A DNA stretch of 43,990 bases from Thermostichus sp. DRC_bins_24 (GTDB lineage Bacteria > Cyanobacteriota > Cyanobacteriia > Thermostichales > Thermostichaceae): contig JAUQVK010000085.1 in the NCBI GenBank assembly GCA_039794845.1, positions 1 through 43,990 on the forward strand, written 5' to 3'. Positions 40,454-43,990 of the stretch are shown piece by piece. Under the pieces are notes generated by a model. That model saw only the letters and a program-made list of their open reading frames with translations. It was not told the origin of the DNA and did not search any database. Numbering within the stretch: the stretch's first letter is position 1; each line of letters starts with the position of its first letter. A program made the position numbers and the translations under genes.

Positions 40454-41551
40454 TCACGAGATTTGGCTCAAGTCGGGGAAAGTGGCCTGCACTGCCGGAT
40501 GAACCAGCTTTCCAGCTTTGACATTAAGTCCTTTGGCCAGAGCCGCATCTTGCTCTAGGGCATCGGGCAACCCCAGGCGGGCCAACTTCAGGGTGTAGGG
40601 TAAGGTAGCATTCACCAGCGCCTGAGTCGAAGTCCAGGGGACGGCTCCCGGCATATTGGCTACACCGTAGTGCAACACCCCATAGGCTTCGTAAACCGGC
40701 TGAGCATGGGTTGTCACCCGTGTGGTGGCAATGCACCCCCCCTGATCCACCGCCACATCCACGATTAACGAACGAGGCCGCATTTGGGCCACCAGATCTT
40801 CTTTTACCAACACCGGAGCGCGGCTTCCCGGCACCAACACCGCCCCCACCAGCAGATCGGCCTCTTTGACGCAATCTTCCACACTTTGGGTAGTACTGTA
40901 GAGCAGCTCAACTCGGGATCCGAAAATCAGCTCCAACTCATTGAGGCGATGCAGGTTGATGTCCAAAATCTGAACTCGCGCCCCCAGCCCCACGGCCATT
41001 TTGGCGGCTTCTGTGCCCACCGTGCCCCCCCCTAAGATCACCACCCGCCCCGGCGATACCCCGGGGATCCCGCCCAGCAACACGCCGCGCCCCCCCTGTT
41101 GTCGGGTGAGGTAGTGAGCACCGAACTGCACCGATAGCCGTCCTGCAATCACGCTCATGGGCATCAGCAACGGTAGGGATCCATCCGCCAATTCCACCGT
41201 TTCGTAGGCAATGCAGGTGGCTCCCGATTTTATCAATGCCAGGGTGAGCTCGCGGCTGGCGGCCAAATGCAAATAGGTAAACAGGAGCAGATCGGGATGC
41301 AGCAAGGGGTACTCAGCAGGCAGCGGCTCCTTCACCTTCACCACCATCTCCTGCTGGTAGATCTCTTGCGGGGTTGCCGCCAGCTTGGCCCCTGCTTTTA
41401 GGTAGTCTTCATCCGTAAAGCCTGCCCCCTGGCCCGCCTGGGTTTCCACCCACACCTGATGCCCTTGTTCGCACAGCACCCGCACTGCCGCCGGAGTTAA
41501 CCCCACCCGGAACTCCTGTTCTTTGATCTCCTTGGGCACACCGATTCGCAT
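40454..41551 (-). CDS. ald: Alanine dehydrogenase
   Basis: MRIGVPKEIK, VKVKEP, YLHLAA, GGGTVG, DVAVDQGGC, VANMPGAVP; start at ATG 41551. Confidence 0.96.
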   Translation of the reverse strand: MRIGVPKEIKEQEFRVGLTPAAVRVLCEQGHQVWVETQAGQGAGFTDEDYLKAGAKLAATPQEIYQQEMVVKVKEPLPAEYPLLHPDLLLFTYLHLAASRELTLALIKSGATCIAYETVELADGSLPLLMPMSVIAGRLSVQFGAHYLTRQQGGRGVLLGGIPGVSPGRVVILGGGTVGTEAAKMAVGLGARVQILDINLHRLNELELIFGSRVELLYSTTQSVEDCVKEADLLVGAVLVPGSRAPVLVKEDLVAQMRPRSLIVDVAVDQGGCIATTRVTTHAQPVYEAYGVLHYGVANMPGAVPWTSTQALVNATLPYTLKLARLGLPDALEQDAALAKGLNVKAGKLVHPAVQATFPDLSQIS

Positions 41552-41617
41552 AGGGATCCCTGTTTTGGCTGGTCTCTCCAGTGTAGACAGGATGGACAGG
41601 GCTAGCGAATCCTCTTC

Positions 41618-41716
41618 GTGGCAGAAGTCGTCAGCAGCAACTGGCAAAACGACCGTGCCTGCAGATTGGAAGACTATGCTTTGCTGGGGATCCCTGAATA
41701 CTGGATCGCCGATTAT
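41618..41716 (+). pseudogene. Uma2-family endonuclease fragment
   Basis: AEVVSSNWQND...EDYALLGIPEYWIADY. Confidence 0.75.
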
Positions 41717-41744
41717 CAAGGGCCAGGTGCGGAAATCGATCCGG

Positions 41745-42770
41745 AAATCGATCACTTATACCGAGATCAATACCGGCGTCGATTTAAGTGGATTCGTGCC
41801 AATCTGTTTCGTCTAGAGTTGCAGCAGCATCTTCAGCAAGATGCCACAGCGTTGATCGGTATTCTGCAACTGGCGGGTAGTTGGAACCCGCTTGAGGATG
41901 GAAAGCTGACGGATGTGTTGAGGGGCAAAACCTGCAAGATTGTGCCATCATTCTCAACTACGACTTGCCCTGGGCGATTACTGGGCGATTATCTGATTGA
42001 TTCAGCGGGCGGGGCGGGTCATCGGATTGGGCAACAGGCGGACGAAATTCTCTGCCATCTGTTTTTGCCGGCGGAGGAGGACGAGGTGGACTTAACTTCC
42101 GAAGCGTTGCAAATCTGGCAAAGGGCGATCGAGGCCAACCCTGCCCTGAAAGGGATGATCGAGAAATTACCGGATGTGGTGTATTCCACCAAGGAGCATG
42201 AACCCACTGGAACCGATCCAGAGGGCGTGTTGCCGTATCTCCGCACTGATAGTAGCACCGACGCTTTGGCATGGATAAGAACGACAACAGCGTCACTCAG
42301 TCGCAAATGCGAATTTTACACATGGCACGGTGCAGTATTGATACCCCAACCTTGCCCCGTTATCCCCACATGAACTCGTGACACGGGGGGCAGAACGGAT
42401 CGCTGAGCAAACCAAGACGATGGCAGGCACCCTAGGCAACAAGCGCAGTGCAGCGGCACGGACGTACAATCGCCGGATGGCCTACACCCAACATGTCCGC
42501 AAAACTACCCCCCTACCGGCAATGGGCACGGAGTGGGAAGCCCTGGAACGGGCGATCGAGGAGATTAATCAGTATCCTTTAAAATCAGTATCCTTTAAAG
42601 CAGAAATGCAATCGCCCGCCTCAACCAAGAACTCAAAGCAGGCATCAGCGATGAGCAGTTGGCAAAACTGGTGACATTCTTGCGAGAGCATGATGCCCTG
42701 TGTGTGATTAACCCAGAGGAACAGCGAGATGGGGCGCAGATTATTTGTTCGATGGGAGTTTTTTTTCAAG
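41745..42770 (+). pseudogene. Fragmented C-terminal part of an SNF2-like (restriction-associated) helicase
   Basis: HRIGQQADEILCHLFLPAE (motif VI-like), EVDLTSEALQIW, LPDVVYSTK, QIICSMG; several frameshifts, including a 16-bp duplication AATCAGTATCCTTTAA. Confidence 0.55.
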
Positions 42771-42802
42771 TAAAAGGTAAAAGGCAAAAGGAGCAAAGCA
42801 AG

Positions 42803-43432
42803 ATGGCCACGCGGGTTAAGAAAAAGATTTTTTCGAGTTTTACCTATACGGAAGCGTTTAAGTATTTGGAGATTAAAAAGATTCATCCTTGGCGATTTGA
42901 AGTCATTCCTATAGAACCGAGTGCATTTTTCCATCAACGCTTACGACGCATGGCTGATGTCTTTGATTTACAAAGCTATGAAGAATCTAAAAAGCTCATC
43001 ATTGATGCTGTTTGTGAGGAGGTTTTGCAAGGATTCAAATACCTAAAGTTATGGAAGGGTGCTCCACTAGCGGATGAAAACACTATGGAGCATGTAGACT
43101 ACTTGATGGCAGAACGAAAAGCCTATTTAGAGGCTCCATTTCTGTGCATTGTAGAGGCAAAGAAAGATGATTTTGAATAAGGATTAGCTCAATGCTTGCC
43201 TGTCATGAAAGCCTGTCAACATAACAATCATGTACTAGATCAAAATTTCGACATTTACGGCATTGTCACTAATGGAGAGGGGTGGCAGTTCTACAAGCTA
43301 ACTCTGGATGGATTAGTGTATGGTTCTGAGCTATATGCGATCGGGAATCTGCCTCAAGTCCTAGGAATTTTGAACTTTGTTTTTGAGCAGTGCGAACAGA
43401 ATTTGTTGGCAGCCTTGGGAGGACAATCATGA
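42803..43432 (+). pseudogene. PD-(D/E)xK nuclease-like protein with one premature stop
   Basis: VDYL...IVEAKKDDFE*GLAQCL...YGIVTNGEGWQF in one frame; TAA at 43178-43180; AAGGAG RBS; AT-rich. Confidence 0.75.
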
Positions 43433-43452
43433 GAGCATGTCGCCTTTGCCGG

Positions 43453-43592
43453 CCCTCATCCCCTCACGAAAGCTCCGGCAGCCCCTTCTCCCTGCCCCCC
43501 TGGCCCCCCCTGCAAACGGGGGAGGTAGGAGAAGGGAGGCCAAGCTATCTCTAAGTCCGTCTCCCAAATTGGGGGATGGACTTAGGGTGAGG
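43453..43592. repeat. Cyanobacterial REP-like small dispersed palindromic repeat
   Basis: CCCTCATCCCCT...CCCCTTCTCCC...GGAGAAGGG...TAGGGTGAGG; inner hairpin CTAAGTCCGTCTCCC-AAATT-GGGGGATGGACTTAG. Confidence 0.7.
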
Positions 43593-43644
43593 ACAAACGT
43601 GACATCCACCTACAGCCATGAACTCATTTCAAGAGGAATGGAGA

Positions 43645-43851
43645 ATGTCTCAAACTAATCATTTAGCGGCTCTCTATGAACAAGACATTTTGTTGTGGTC
43701 AGAAGATACGGTTGCCAAGCTGAAGGTGCAGGACTTTGATCATCTCGATATTGAACATTTGATCGAAGAGGTAGAAGCTTTGGGGATTTCTCAAAAAAAG
43801 GATTCGATTAGCCGCTTAATTACGCCTCTTTTGTCAGTATGGGCAGGCTAA
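43645..43851 (+). pseudogene. Truncated DUF29-family protein
   Basis: LYEQDILLWSE...LDIEHLIEEVEALGISQK; similarity lost after ~60 aa. Confidence 0.75.
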
Positions 43852-43884
43852 GCTTGAGGGAAAAGCTGAACTCCTTACCTGGCC

Positions 43885-43990
43885 ATGACTCTAGCTCGTC
43901 AGGCACTACTGCAACGGACTTTAGAGGGGTGAGGAGGTCGCTCAATTTATCTTCTTGTCGATGAAACTGGGGATCCTAAGAAAGGAAAGT
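43885..43990 (+). mobile_element. IS701-family transposase remnant, runs off the window
   Basis: MTLARQALLQRTLEG*GGRSIYLLVDETGDPKKGK; DETG-x-x-KKG motif; in-frame TGA at 43930-43932. Confidence 0.65.

Noticed and set aside
41552..41755. 68-aa N-terminal extension of ald in the ORF track
   Set aside because: It is the antisense of the Uma2 stub; Ald homology begins at MRIGVPKE

Overview
This is a mostly core-genome window from a cyanobacterium, probably a thermophilic Synechococcus/Thermostichus, judged from the very frequent GGGATCCC palindrome and the gene content. Housekeeping genes include rsmH with an FtsL-like gene, tyrA, scpA, tRNA-Val(CAC), a long HtpX, Fed2-type ferredoxin, malQ, miaB, a split peptide ABC transporter, malic enzyme, rpsN, an RNase D-like exonuclease, an ABC ATPase/permease pair and ald. 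Decayed mobile DNA is scattered among them. It includes an integrase/IS630/DUF4351 scar after tRNA-Val, three IS200/IS605 (TnpB) remnants, and a right-end mosaic of Uma2, helicase, PD-(D/E)xK, DUF29 and IS701 fragments. The most notable observations are: (1) a TnpB N-terminus fused in frame to full-length miaB; (2) a coupled HTH-GrpE fusion plus shortened Hsp70 operon, divergent from a Tat-signal caspase-like protein, with a ~190-nt base-paired element between them; (3) a secreted S41-like protein lacking both catalytic residues and the PDZ domain. All family assignments come from motif recognition by eye; no database searches were run.
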